From NCBI GenBank assembly GCA_033977065.1, contig JAXCHI010000006.1, forward strand, positions 1-48,532: a DNA stretch of 48,532 nucleotides, written 5' to 3'. Origin of the DNA: Candidatus Algichlamydia australiensis (GTDB taxonomy: Bacteria; Chlamydiota; Chlamydiia; Chlamydiales; JAJFMI01). A model generated the notes under the pieces. It did not search any database. It was given only the letters and a program-made list of their open reading frames with translations, and was not told where the DNA came from. Below are positions 28,331-37,659 of the stretch, piece after piece. The stretch's first letter is position 1. Each line of letters starts with the position of its first letter. The translations under genes and the position numbers were made by a program.

Positions 28331-29790
28331 GTGAAACTCCTTACGAAGCTTTTGAACCGATTATCGGTTTAGAGATCCACACGCAGCTCAACACCCGTAC
28401 AAAACTTTTTAGTGCAACGGGCTATCAATTTGGCAATGAGCCCAACAGCAACATCGGTGTAGTCGATACAGGTCAAGCTGGAGCTCTACCTGTTCTAAAT
28501 GGCGAAGCGGTAAAAAAAGCAGTTCTCTTTGGTCTTGCTGTTGGCGCAAAAATCTCCCTTTGCTCTCGCTTTGATCGTAAAAGTTATTTTTATCCCGACT
28601 GCCCACGCAATTACCAAATTACACAGTTTGATGAGCCAATCATCATCGGTGGTGAGGTCGTAGCAGATGTTGAGGGGAAGAGCAAAACTTTTGCTATCGA
28701 AAAGGCACACTTAGAAGATGATGCTGGAATGCTCAAGCACTTCTCCGATTTTGCAGGCGTTGACTTTAACCGCGCAGGCGTTCCGCTCATTGAAATTGTT
28801 TCTACTCCCTGTATGCGCAGCCCCAAAGAGGCAACGGCTTACGCAACGGCAATCCGTTCTATTTTACAATATACGAATGTCTCTGATGGAAATATGGAAG
28901 AGGGCTCACTTCGTATCGACGTAAATGTCTCCGTGCGCCCCAAAGGCTCGACTACCTTGCGTAACAAGGTCGAGATCAAAAATATGAACTCGTTCTCCAA
29001 TATGGAGCTTGCGATTGAAGCGGAAATTCGCCGGCAGATTCGCGAGTATTTAGCACATCCCAACATGCCGCATAAAGAGGTGGTACCGCAAGCAACCTGC
29101 CGTTTTGATTTGGCAAAAAACGAAACTGTGGTCATGCGAACCAAAGAGAGTGCTGCTGACTATCGCTACTTTCCGGAGCCTGATCTTCCTCCTCTTGTTC
29201 TAACAGAAGAGTATGTTGAAAATTTGCGCACTAAACTTCCCGAACTCCCCCACCAGCGCTACGAGCGTTATGTACAAAAACTAGAACTTTCTGAATATTT
29301 CGCCTCACTACTAGTAAATGATAAGAGATTATCTGATTTTTTTGAGCGTGGCCTGCAGACTTGCAAAAATGCTAAAGGACTTTGCAACTGGGTCTGTGTA
29401 GAATTTGTTGGACGCTTTAAAGAGAGCGGCACACACTTGGCACAATCTGAAGTTTTACCTGAGCGCATCGCAGAGCTTGTGAACTTGATTGAAGAAAAGG
29501 TGGTTACTGGCCGCATGGCCAAAGAGATTGCCGACTTGATGGTCAAAGATCCGGCTAAAACTCCTCGCCAAATTATTGATGAGAACCCGCACTTCAAGCC
29601 AATGGATGACACAGGTGAAATTGAAGCGCTTGTTGACCAAGTATTAAAAGAGAATCCTGACTCAATTGAAAAATTCCGTAGCGGTCGCGAGCGCGCTTTT
29701 AACTTTCTTGTTGGTCAGGTCATGAAGCTATCGAAGGGCAAGGCTGCCCCTCATCTTGTTCAGGAGATTTTAAAGAAAAAGTTAGCCTGA
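28327..29790 (+). CDS. gatB: Asp/Glu-tRNA amidotransferase subunit B
   Basis: IGLEIH, FDRKSYFYPD, HLEDDAG, DYRYFPEPDLPP, GQVMK. Confidence 0.97.
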   Translation: MSETPYEAFEPIIGLEIHTQLNTRTKLFSATGYQFGNEPNSNIGVVDTGQAGALPVLNGEAVKKAVLFGLAVGAKISLCSRFDRKSYFYPDCPRNYQITQFDEPIIIGGEVVADVEGKSKTFAIEKAHLEDDAGMLKHFSDFAGVDFNRAGVPLIEIVSTPCMRSPKEATAYATAIRSILQYTNVSDGNMEEGSLRIDVNVSVRPKGSTTLRNKVEIKNMNSFSNMELAIEAEIRRQIREYLAHPNMPHKEVVPQATCRFDLAKNETVVMRTKESAADYRYFPEPDLPPLVLTEEYVENLRTKLPELPHQRYERYVQKLELSEYFASLLVNDKRLSDFFERGLQTCKNAKGLCNWVCVEFVGRFKESGTHLAQSEVLPERIAELVNLIEEKVVTGRMAKEIADLMVKDPAKTPRQIIDENPHFKPMDDTGEIEALVDQVLKENPDSIEKFRSGRERAFNFLVGQVMKLSKGKAAPHLVQEILKKKLA

Positions 29791-29820
29791 GTGAGGAAAT
29801 CCCAGATCGTCTATAGCTTC

Positions 29821-29985
29821 TAGATAGTGTCGTCAAAAGGCTATAATCAGATTATTTTTCATGTTTGCAGCTTATTTTTGTGCGGAAATTGAAGCTGAAT
29901 TTGTAAATTCCGCTTCATTTGAGCACAAAAATGGAGCCCAAACATGAAAAATAAGATGGTTGTATGCTTTTGACGACGCTATCTA
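29821..29985. mobile_element. Fold-back MITE-like element, family A, copy 2 (inverted relative to copy 1)
   Basis: Reverse complement matches 3128-3292 with no difference found by eye; TA at both ends inside a cTAg context. Confidence 0.85.
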
Positions 29986-30460
29986 GTACTAAAAAAAACT
30001 GTTCTTTTTTTATACGAACGCCATTAAATTTATCTTTCACAACTTTGCTCTCGTGTCTTGAATAAACAAACGATCCTTTTTTACCAGTAATTTCTTCTAC
30101 ACAAGAGATCGAAGCGCATTTTATTCGATCCAGACTTGCTTCGTAAGAGGGGTAAAAAATATGGAAAAAAAATATTGGCAACTCAAAAAAATCGTTTTCT
30201 CCTTTTAAATACCGTTCTGTTCCATTCATCTTTGTCATGACAAAAATCGTAACTTCTTTCATTGAAAAAGAAACTTTTCTCCCATTTACAAGAATAACGA
30301 CCCTATTATCCGAGATACATTGGTAAAAATTTTTTATTTGTTGATTCGTTGCGCCACTTCCATTTATTTTGCGATAAACTAAAGTGATAACATCATAATA
30401 AATTAGAGGATTTGAATTAATTAGACCATCATCTTTTGAAATTCTTTTTATACTAAACAT
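29915..30460 (-). CDS. Hypothetical protein whose C-terminus comes from MITE A copy 2
   Basis: 181-aa AT-rich ORF; the last 22 residues (DSVVKSIQPSYFSCLGSIFVLK) and the stop codon lie inside the repeat. Confidence 0.55.
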   Translation of the reverse strand: MFSIKRISKDDGLINSNPLIYYDVITLVYRKINGSGATNQQIKNFYQCISDNRVVILVNGRKVSFSMKEVTIFVMTKMNGTERYLKGENDFFELPIFFFHIFYPSYEASLDRIKCASISCVEEITGKKGSFVYSRHESKVVKDKFNGVRIKKEQFFLVLDSVVKSIQPSYFSCLGSIFVLK

Positions 30461-30576
30461 TGAAAATAAAAAATAATTATTTTTCCGCCATTATACATTG
30501 AGAGTTAAATAAATATCTACTGCAAAAAAATATGTACAGATAATTCTTTAATCAGTATAGGGAGGACGGGGAGTGT

Positions 30577-32025
30577 GTGCCGATGCGACATTTAGTCGTT
30601 ACGATTTTATTACTATTTATTTGCACTGGATGCATCGATTTTAAAGGAGCAGCTGATCCTTTTAGCTACACTCCCCGCACGTCCCACACTGTCTGGCGCC
30701 CTCCCAATGAACCTCAGGTTTTAGACGGCTGCTTGCAGGAAGATTTTGAATTTCTGGAGAATGTAGAACCTCTCTCTCTAGGCGAAGTGCTTGACTTAGG
30801 CTTGTTAAACAGTCCCACAACAAAGGCGACTTGGGCAAGAGCTCGAATGAGCGCAGCCGAGTACGGCCAGACTCTTCAGCCCGACTTCTTGCAGATTCAG
30901 GGGGATGCAAGTTACACAAGACAGCGCAATGCGATCTTTGTCTTAGGACAGCGCGAAGTCATTTTCCAAACTGTGGGAACAGGAGATCTCAATTTTAACT
31001 ACATCTTTCTAGATTTTGGGCAGACACGCTACTCCTCTCTTGCAGCCCTAGAGTCTTTGTACAATGCTGATTGGTTGCACAACAGAGCTATTCAGGCAGT
31101 TATCCAAAGGTTGATGGTTGATTACTACGATTATCTCTACCAGCAGGAGCGTTTGATTGCAGCTGAAGCAGATGTCAATAATGCGCAGACAACGCTCGAT
31201 GCTGTAATGGCTAAGTTAGTAAATGGGATGGCTGATATTTCGGATAAAGTACAAGCTGTCACAAGTTTGAAGCAGACTCAACTCGCCTTAGTAGAGCAGA
31301 GACAGAAGCTCCACAACTCCTACACAAAGTTGATGGCAGATATGGGTGTACCCGCCAACTTGGATGTAAAATTTATTCGCTTTCCTAAGAAAATCACACA
31401 TTTTGAGCCAGGAAAATTGAATGAGTTAATCTTAACAGCGCTGAAGCACCGTCCCGATTTGCAAGCAGCGGAGTCTGATGTAAAGGCGGGCGAAGATGCG
31501 GTAACCGCCGCCAAACGACTTTTCTTTCCTGTGATTGATGGTGCCGCTGACATTGGACGCGCCTACTTTGATATGAACCGCAACGATGGCTACCATTGGA
31601 AAGTCGCTGCATCACTGAACTTGCCTCTTTTTCAAGGATTTTATATTGCAAATACGGTTCGTCTAGCTGAGAGTGCCCTTGACGAGGCTAAGGCGCGTTT
31701 TGAAGAGCGTAAACTCAATGTTTTACAAGATGTTGTGAACTTCCGCGATGATGTGCTTTTAGCAAATGAAGCGACCACTTATGCCTATGAGTTTTTACTT
31801 GCAGCTGAAGAGGAGTACCGCGTGCTGCTCGATAAGTACAAAGTGGGAACGACCACCATTGTCGACGTCATCAAAGCACAAACAGATGTGGCAGATGCGC
31901 AAGCACGTAATGCAGAAGCGCAACGCGACTGGTACGTCTCAATTGCCGATCTTGCTTACGGTACAGGTATGTTGAGCTTGGAGTCAGCAGGCGAAATTTT
32001 TGAGGAAAATTATGAGAAAAAATAA
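30577..32025 (+). CDS. TolC-family outer-membrane efflux lipoprotein
   Basis: Lipobox-like CTGC, OEP repeats (ALKHRPDL, LNLPLFQG, YKVG); first gene of the efflux trio. Confidence 0.85.
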   Translation: MPMRHLVVTILLLFICTGCIDFKGAADPFSYTPRTSHTVWRPPNEPQVLDGCLQEDFEFLENVEPLSLGEVLDLGLLNSPTTKATWARARMSAAEYGQTLQPDFLQIQGDASYTRQRNAIFVLGQREVIFQTVGTGDLNFNYIFLDFGQTRYSSLAALESLYNADWLHNRAIQAVIQRLMVDYYDYLYQQERLIAAEADVNNAQTTLDAVMAKLVNGMADISDKVQAVTSLKQTQLALVEQRQKLHNSYTKLMADMGVPANLDVKFIRFPKKITHFEPGKLNELILTALKHRPDLQAAESDVKAGEDAVTAAKRLFFPVIDGAADIGRAYFDMNRNDGYHWKVAASLNLPLFQGFYIANTVRLAESALDEAKARFEERKLNVLQDVVNFRDDVLLANEATTYAYEFLLAAEEEYRVLLDKYKVGTTTIVDVIKAQTDVADAQARNAEAQRDWYVSIADLAYGTGMLSLESAGEIFEENYEKK

Positions 32026-33121
32026 ATTCCTAATTTTAGTTTTAGTTTTTGGCTTTGCCGCTTGTAGCAAAAAGGAGGCAAAGGTCAAGCCCCCTCCTAG
32101 TGTCAATGTTGTTGAGGTTATCCAAAAAGATGTCCCTCTCTATTTGCAAGCCCCTGGACATATTACAGCGTTTAACTCTGTAAGTTTGCAAGCGCAAGTC
32201 GATGGCACTGTTACTGGTGTCTACTACGAGGAGGGAAAAGAGGTCTCTGAAGGCGAACTTCTTGTCACAATTGATGATCGCACGTATGAAGCAGCTGTGA
32301 AAGCCTCTGAAGCAGAGGTCGCTAGATCGATGGCAACTTTAAAGTATAACCAAGATACTGCGCGTCGCAACACGCCTCTTGTGCAAGAAGATTACATTTC
32401 ACAAAATGATTATGACAATTTAGTAACAAATGTTTTAACAAGCGAAGCAACGGTAAAGGATAATTTAGCAAGGCTCGACCAAGCAAACATTGATCTGGGT
32501 TACTGTCGCGTTGAAGCGCCGATGACGGGTGTTGCTGGCGAGCGATTAATCGATGAGGGGAACCTAGTCTTGGAAGCGCAACAGACAACTCTTGTCACGA
32601 TTAACCAGATCCAACCGATCTACTGTGACTTTGCTATCTCAGAGCGTTACTTTTCCATGCTCCATGAAATTATGAAAGAGAAAACTCTGCAAGCGCAGGT
32701 CTCCTATACACGGGACTTTAAAGAGAGCTGGTATGGTGATATCACCTTTATGGACAACGCTGTTGACCAAACAACGGGGATGATCAAATTCAAAGCGAAC
32801 TTTCCCAACGATGATAAAAAGCTTTGGCCCAATATTTTTATTTATACCCGTCTTATTTATGGCGAAGCAAAGAACGCACTACTGCTTCCAACAGGCTGTA
32901 TTGTGATTGGAGAAAAAGGTAAATATATCTATGTTCTTGATGGAGATATCGTCAAACAAGTCTATGTCACAACTGGACAGCAAGAAGGTGATCTGATCAT
33001 TATTAAGACAGGCTTAAAGCCCGATCAAAAAGTTGTTCTAGAAGGGCAGCTCAATCTACTTGATGGCGAAAAAGTAACAGTGAAACAGGTCGTCAAAAAT
33101 AAGGAGGAAGCTGGGATATGA
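32012..33121 (+). CDS. RND efflux periplasmic adaptor (MdtA/AcrA-like)
   Basis: Lipobox FAAC, QVDG...EG, APMTG, DNAVDQTTG, KLWP. Confidence 0.9.
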   Translation: MRKNKFLILVLVFGFAACSKKEAKVKPPPSVNVVEVIQKDVPLYLQAPGHITAFNSVSLQAQVDGTVTGVYYEEGKEVSEGELLVTIDDRTYEAAVKASEAEVARSMATLKYNQDTARRNTPLVQEDYISQNDYDNLVTNVLTSEATVKDNLARLDQANIDLGYCRVEAPMTGVAGERLIDEGNLVLEAQQTTLVTINQIQPIYCDFAISERYFSMLHEIMKEKTLQAQVSYTRDFKESWYGDITFMDNAVDQTTGMIKFKANFPNDDKKLWPNIFIYTRLIYGEAKNALLLPTGCIVIGEKGKYIYVLDGDIVKQVYVTTGQQEGDLIIIKTGLKPDQKVVLEGQLNLLDGEKVTVKQVVKNKEEAGI

Positions 33122-36100
33122 AATCTCTCTCTGGCCCCTTTATTAAACGTCCAGTGATGACCTCCCTTGTGATGGTGGCCATTCTTTTCTTTGGAATTTT
33201 GGCCTACACAAATCTTCCAGTGAGTGACATGCCGAGTGTTGACTACCCAACAATTGAAGTGACGGTCGACTACCCTGGTGCCAGCCCCGATTTGATGGCA
33301 AACTCTGTTGCAGCTCCTCTAGAGCGTGAGTTTACTGCGCTAGAAGATATTTTAACGATTACCTCAACAAGCAACACTGGTCTTACTACGATCGTACTGC
33401 AGTTCCATCTTAATAGAAACATTGACGCCGCCTCAACAGATGTGCAAGCCGCCATTACAGCCGCCCTTACAAACTTGCCTGATAACCTGCCGAACAACCC
33501 TGTCTATCAAAAAGTAAACCCAACAGATACACCCATTCTCTTCTACGCGATTGCCTCCAATTCAATGAGAATGGCCAAACTCTACGATTACGGTTTCTCT
33601 TTTTTAGGACAGCGTCTTGGGATGGTCGAGGGTGTTGCGCAAATTCAAACTTACGGGGGACCATTTGCCGTACGTGTGCAGATGGATCCAGACCTTCTCT
33701 CAGCCAAGCAAATTGGCTTTGATCAAATAGCCACAACTGTTTCTCAAGGAAACCCTGAGCTGCCTACCGGTACCCTCTATGGAGATATGGTTGAGTACAC
33801 GATTGATGTAGATGGCCAGATGTTTAGTGCTGATGGCTACAACCAACTCATCGTACGAAATAATGAGGGCAATATGGTGCGCATCTCCGATATGGGAGAG
33901 GCATTAAACAGCCAGCAGTATGACAAGTACTCCCTTAAATATATGAAGGGAGACTCTGTGAAAAACTGCGTTGTTGTAGCCATTCTAAAACAGTCGGGTG
34001 CCAACGCAGTAAAAGTCATCAATGGAATTAAAGAGTTGATGCCTCAGCTGCAAAAAGAGTTACCCGCCTCTGTTGAAGTTGCGACCATTTTTGACCAATC
34101 GGAATTTATTTTTGAGTCTGTTCACGATGTCCAGTTTACCCTCGCTGTCGCCTTTCTTCTTGTTGCCATCGTCATCTTCTTCTACTTAGGTAAAGTGATT
34201 GATACTGTCATCCCTATTGTCACCCTTCCCCTCTCTGTCATCGGTACATTTTTAGTTATGTACCTTTTCGGATTTAGTTTGGATATTCTCTCACTTCTCT
34301 CCATCACCCTTACCATCGGGTTCTTAGTTGACGACGCTATTGTCGTTCTAGAAAATATTGTGCGCCACATTGAAATGGGAAAAACACCCATGCAAGCTGC
34401 TATTGAAGGGTCAAAACAAATTAGTTTTACTATCCTCTCAATGACCCTCTGCCTCGCCGCGGTATTCATTCCACTTCTTTTTATGGCGGGAATCATCGGA
34501 CGTATCTTCATGGAGTTTGGAGCTGTGATCATCATCGCCGTTCTCTTCTCTGGATTCATCTCTTTAACCCTCGCTCCCCTTCTCTGTTCGCGCTTTCTGC
34601 GCCCCCACCACGAAGGAGCAAAGAAAAACTGGCTCGAAAAAATTTCCGATAAAATTAACGATGGTCTTCTAAATATTTACAAAAAAGGGTTGGTCCGAGT
34701 TCTCAACCATAAAGTGATTACTGTTCTTGCAGGAATTGCAATGGTAGTGGGCACAGGGTTTCTTTTTACGATTATTCCCAAAAACTTTTTGCCTATGGAT
34801 GATCTCGGATTTATCCAAGGTTACACCCAAGCCATCGACGGCACCTCATCCTATCGCATGATGGACTACCAAAAAGTGCTTCAAGATATTGCAATTAAAA
34901 ATCCCAATGTAGAAAGTCTCGTCTCAGTTGGTGCGATTCCAATCGACAGCCAAGGACTCTTTTTCATTCGACTAAAGCCCTTTAAAGAGCGTCTTCCCAT
35001 GCAGGAAGCGCTTCCTCAAATTTTTCATGAACTCAACCAGTACCCTCCTGTCAATACCTTCTTGCGCGCCATTCCTCTCATCAACCTCACCGTAGGAACC
35101 TCCTCTGCGCAAGGTAACTACCAGTACACCCTACAAGGTTTTTCGGACAAAGACCTCTACACCTCTGGCGAAAAAGTCATGGCGCAGATGAAAAAAACAC
35201 CTGGATTTGCGCAAGTCTCAAGCGACATGCACATAGGACAGCCCCAGTTAAAAATTCATATCCTGCGAGATCGCGCCTTTGACCTGAATATTAGCGCGCA
35301 AGCAATTGAGCAGGCACTCATGTTTGCTTACAGCGGCGGTCGAGTCTCACAAATTAACGCCGTCCTCAACCAGTACGATGTAATTGTTGAAACAGTTCCA
35401 GAAGCCTATCACGATCCGAGCATGCTAGATAAAATTTATGTAAGCTCACAAGTTGTCTCTGTTGCCCCTCCTGAAGCTGTCTTCACCAATACACCCGCAG
35501 GACTTACCCAGCAACAAAACCAAAAACAACCAGGTACTGTTCAAATTCCCCTCTCTGCCGTTACTGAGTGGAAAGAGGAGCCAGGACCACTTAGCATTAA
35601 CCACTTTGACACACTTCCTTCCGTAACCATCACCTTTGACTTAGATGACATTCCCCTCTCAAATGCACTGGAGAATCTGGAAGCAATCGCAGGAGATATT
35701 CTTCCAACAGACGTAAGCGGAAGCATCCAAGGGACAGCCATTGTCTTTAGACAAACCTTCCAAAGCCTCTACTTCCTCTTCTTTGTCGCTCTCTTTGTGA
35801 TCTACATCGTTCTTGGCATCCTCTATGAAAACTTTATTCACCCCATCACCGTGATGAGCGCCCTACCTCCCGCCACCGTCGGCGCCCTTCTCTCGCTCAT
35901 GCTCTTTGGCTATGCACTCGACCTCTACTCCTTTGTTGGCATTATGATGCTCATCGGAATCGTTCTTAAAAACGGAATTATCCTCATCGACTTTGCCAAC
36001 GAGCGGCGCATCCATGACAACATGGGAATTGAAGAGTCGATGGTCGCCTCCTGCCACGCTAGGTTTCGTCCTATCATCATGACCACCTTCGCAGCGGGAA

Positions 36101-36303
36101 TGGGTGCTGTACCTATTATGCTCGGAATCGGCGGTATGACCGCCCAATCGCGCAAGCCTCTCGGACTTGCCATCGTTGGTGGTCTTATCTTCTCACAGGT
36201 AGTAACCCTCTTTCTCACCCCAGTTGTCTTCATCTACATGGAGCGCATGAGAGAATTCTTCCACCGCAAAAAGAAGAAAGATGAGCCCACACCTTCACAG
36301 TGA
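33118..36303 (+). CDS. RND efflux permease (MdtB/MdtC-like)
   Basis: FIKRPV, VDDAIVVLENI, KNGIILIDFA, RFRPIIMTT; 1061 aa. Confidence 0.95.
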   Translation: MKSLSGPFIKRPVMTSLVMVAILFFGILAYTNLPVSDMPSVDYPTIEVTVDYPGASPDLMANSVAAPLEREFTALEDILTITSTSNTGLTTIVLQFHLNRNIDAASTDVQAAITAALTNLPDNLPNNPVYQKVNPTDTPILFYAIASNSMRMAKLYDYGFSFLGQRLGMVEGVAQIQTYGGPFAVRVQMDPDLLSAKQIGFDQIATTVSQGNPELPTGTLYGDMVEYTIDVDGQMFSADGYNQLIVRNNEGNMVRISDMGEALNSQQYDKYSLKYMKGDSVKNCVVVAILKQSGANAVKVINGIKELMPQLQKELPASVEVATIFDQSEFIFESVHDVQFTLAVAFLLVAIVIFFYLGKVIDTVIPIVTLPLSVIGTFLVMYLFGFSLDILSLLSITLTIGFLVDDAIVVLENIVRHIEMGKTPMQAAIEGSKQISFTILSMTLCLAAVFIPLLFMAGIIGRIFMEFGAVIIIAVLFSGFISLTLAPLLCSRFLRPHHEGAKKNWLEKISDKINDGLLNIYKKGLVRVLNHKVITVLAGIAMVVGTGFLFTIIPKNFLPMDDLGFIQGYTQAIDGTSSYRMMDYQKVLQDIAIKNPNVESLVSVGAIPIDSQGLFFIRLKPFKERLPMQEALPQIFHELNQYPPVNTFLRAIPLINLTVGTSSAQGNYQYTLQGFSDKDLYTSGEKVMAQMKKTPGFAQVSSDMHIGQPQLKIHILRDRAFDLNISAQAIEQALMFAYSGGRVSQINAVLNQYDVIVETVPEAYHDPSMLDKIYVSSQVVSVAPPEAVFTNTPAGLTQQQNQKQPGTVQIPLSAVTEWKEEPGPLSINHFDTLPSVTITFDLDDIPLSNALENLEAIAGDILPTDVSGSIQGTAIVFRQTFQSLYFLFFVALFVIYIVLGILYENFIHPITVMSALPPATVGALLSLMLFGYALDLYSFVGIMMLIGIVLKNGIILIDFANERRIHDNMGIEESMVASCHARFRPIIMTTFAAGMGAVPIMLGIGGMTAQSRKPLGLAIVGGLIFSQVVTLFLTPVVFIYMERMREFFHRKKKKDEPTPSQ

Positions 36304-36316
36304 ATATAAATTTAAT

Positions 36317-36513
36317 AAAAACTAGCCAATAGAGTCAGTCGGGGCAAGCCCCCGCTGCCCCTTGAGACTCACATTGGCATGCCAAATTGCGTGCTCGTCG
36401 GAGAGGCGTGCACAGCACTACCCCGTCCTCCTGCGCTGCAATTTTTCAAAGCCAAGCTGAGTCCATCGAGCGCTCGAGTAAGCTGCGCTTCTACTTGCGC
36501 GCGGCTAGTTTTT
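36317..36513. repeat. GC-rich structured intergenic element, family C (MITE/REP-like)
   Basis: AAAAACTAGCC...GGCTAGTTTTT ends and several nested inverted repeats in an AT-rich setting. Confidence 0.55.
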
Positions 36514-36602
36514 TTGAAAATTTTACTAACCAAATCATTTAATCACCTTGAGAAGATTAATAAATTAGCTCACAATCCATATGTAGAAAATAGAGAAGTA
36601 AA

Positions 36603-36830
36603 ATGCCAAGAAGCATAAAATACCAAGAGTGGCTTATCAAAGAGTTACAAGATCACGACGAAGCCGTAGCCTATTTAAATGCAGCTCTGGAAGAAAGCCT
36701 CAAAGGAGATCCGGAGTCACAATACCTTTTTCTTGTGGCAATCAGAAACGTTGCAGAGGCTCAAGGCGGCATAGGATACCTAGCAAAAAAGGCAGGTGTT
36801 GGTCGAGAAAGTTTATATAAAACTCTATGA
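36603..36830 (+). pseudogene. Truncated addiction-module antidote protein (HI1420/HigA-like)
   Basis: AVAYLNAALEE...LVAIRNVAEAQGGIGYLAKKAGVGRESLYKTL stops where the family normally continues with SxxGNP. Confidence 0.65.
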
Positions 36831-37038
36831 TAATAAAATTTTACTAGCCCTTTCTCTTCGAAGACAGAGAGAAAAAAGTGGAGAAACTGTGCGAGAGGCT
36901 TCTGCTCGTTTGGGTTCAAAATCGCCAAATGCCTACGCACAGTATGAAAAAGGCAAAACAAAAATCCCTCTTGAGAAGTATGACCTGCTCCTAAAAGCTT
37001 CCAATCCACACATTCATAGCTTGTTACGCATTGTTTAA
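36827..37038 (+). pseudogene. XRE-type HTH fragment, possibly the C-terminus of an antitoxin
   Basis: ALSLRRQREKSGETVREASARLGSKSPNAYAQYEKG; no convincing start or Shine-Dalgarno. Confidence 0.5.
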
Positions 37039-37133
37039 AAACAAAACTCAACCCTTTTCTGTAATTAATTATTTTAACATGCAATTAATCTAAGAAAGTA
37101 TAGAATTTAGCTTCATAATTGGAGGAGTGAACT

Positions 37134-37658
37134 ATGCATATTCAAAAGACTTTATTTCAGTCTTGGAGAAGCGCACTAGAGACCGAAACAAAAGGAAGTC
37201 AGATAGAACTGGAAAAACACTATGAAGAAGTTAGACTTCGTGCAACAGATTTTCTAAACGCGCCCTTGGTTAATGAAGCTCTTAAAAAAATAGCAAAATA
37301 TATCTTAGAAAAACATCCAGTATTAAAAAATCTACGTTATACTACTCCAAATCCTGAACAAGTAAAATATAATTCCTGGAACTGGCCTAAGGCGTCTTAT
37401 GAAGCTCTTGGAAGTAAGCTACCATCGCCTACATGCACTGGTGGGGACCAGGAATTTAAATTTCCTCACCTTGAATTTCTGAAAATAGCTGAAGAAGAAT
37501 TCACGTCAACTCCAGAACTCACTGAGGCAATGCAGAAAATAGCTAACTTTATCGCTAGCAAGATTCAACGTGCTATAGAGGTTGAGAAAGAGAAAAGAAA
37601 AAAAGAAGAGCCCTGGCGCACGAATTTTGAGGAAGAATTAGCCAGTCTTTACGAGTAA
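37134..37658 (+). CDS. Hypothetical protein with an internal duplication
   Basis: GGAGG Shine-Dalgarno; 174 aa; two related helical motifs. Confidence 0.7.
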   Translation: MHIQKTLFQSWRSALETETKGSQIELEKHYEEVRLRATDFLNAPLVNEALKKIAKYILEKHPVLKNLRYTTPNPEQVKYNSWNWPKASYEALGSKLPSPTCTGGDQEFKFPHLEFLKIAEEEFTSTPELTEAMQKIANFIASKIQRAIEVEKEKRKKEEPWRTNFEEELASLYE

Positions 37659-37659
37659 A

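Noticed and set aside
36379..36618. 79-aa ORF
   Set aside because: It lies mostly within the structured element C and has no protein-like features.
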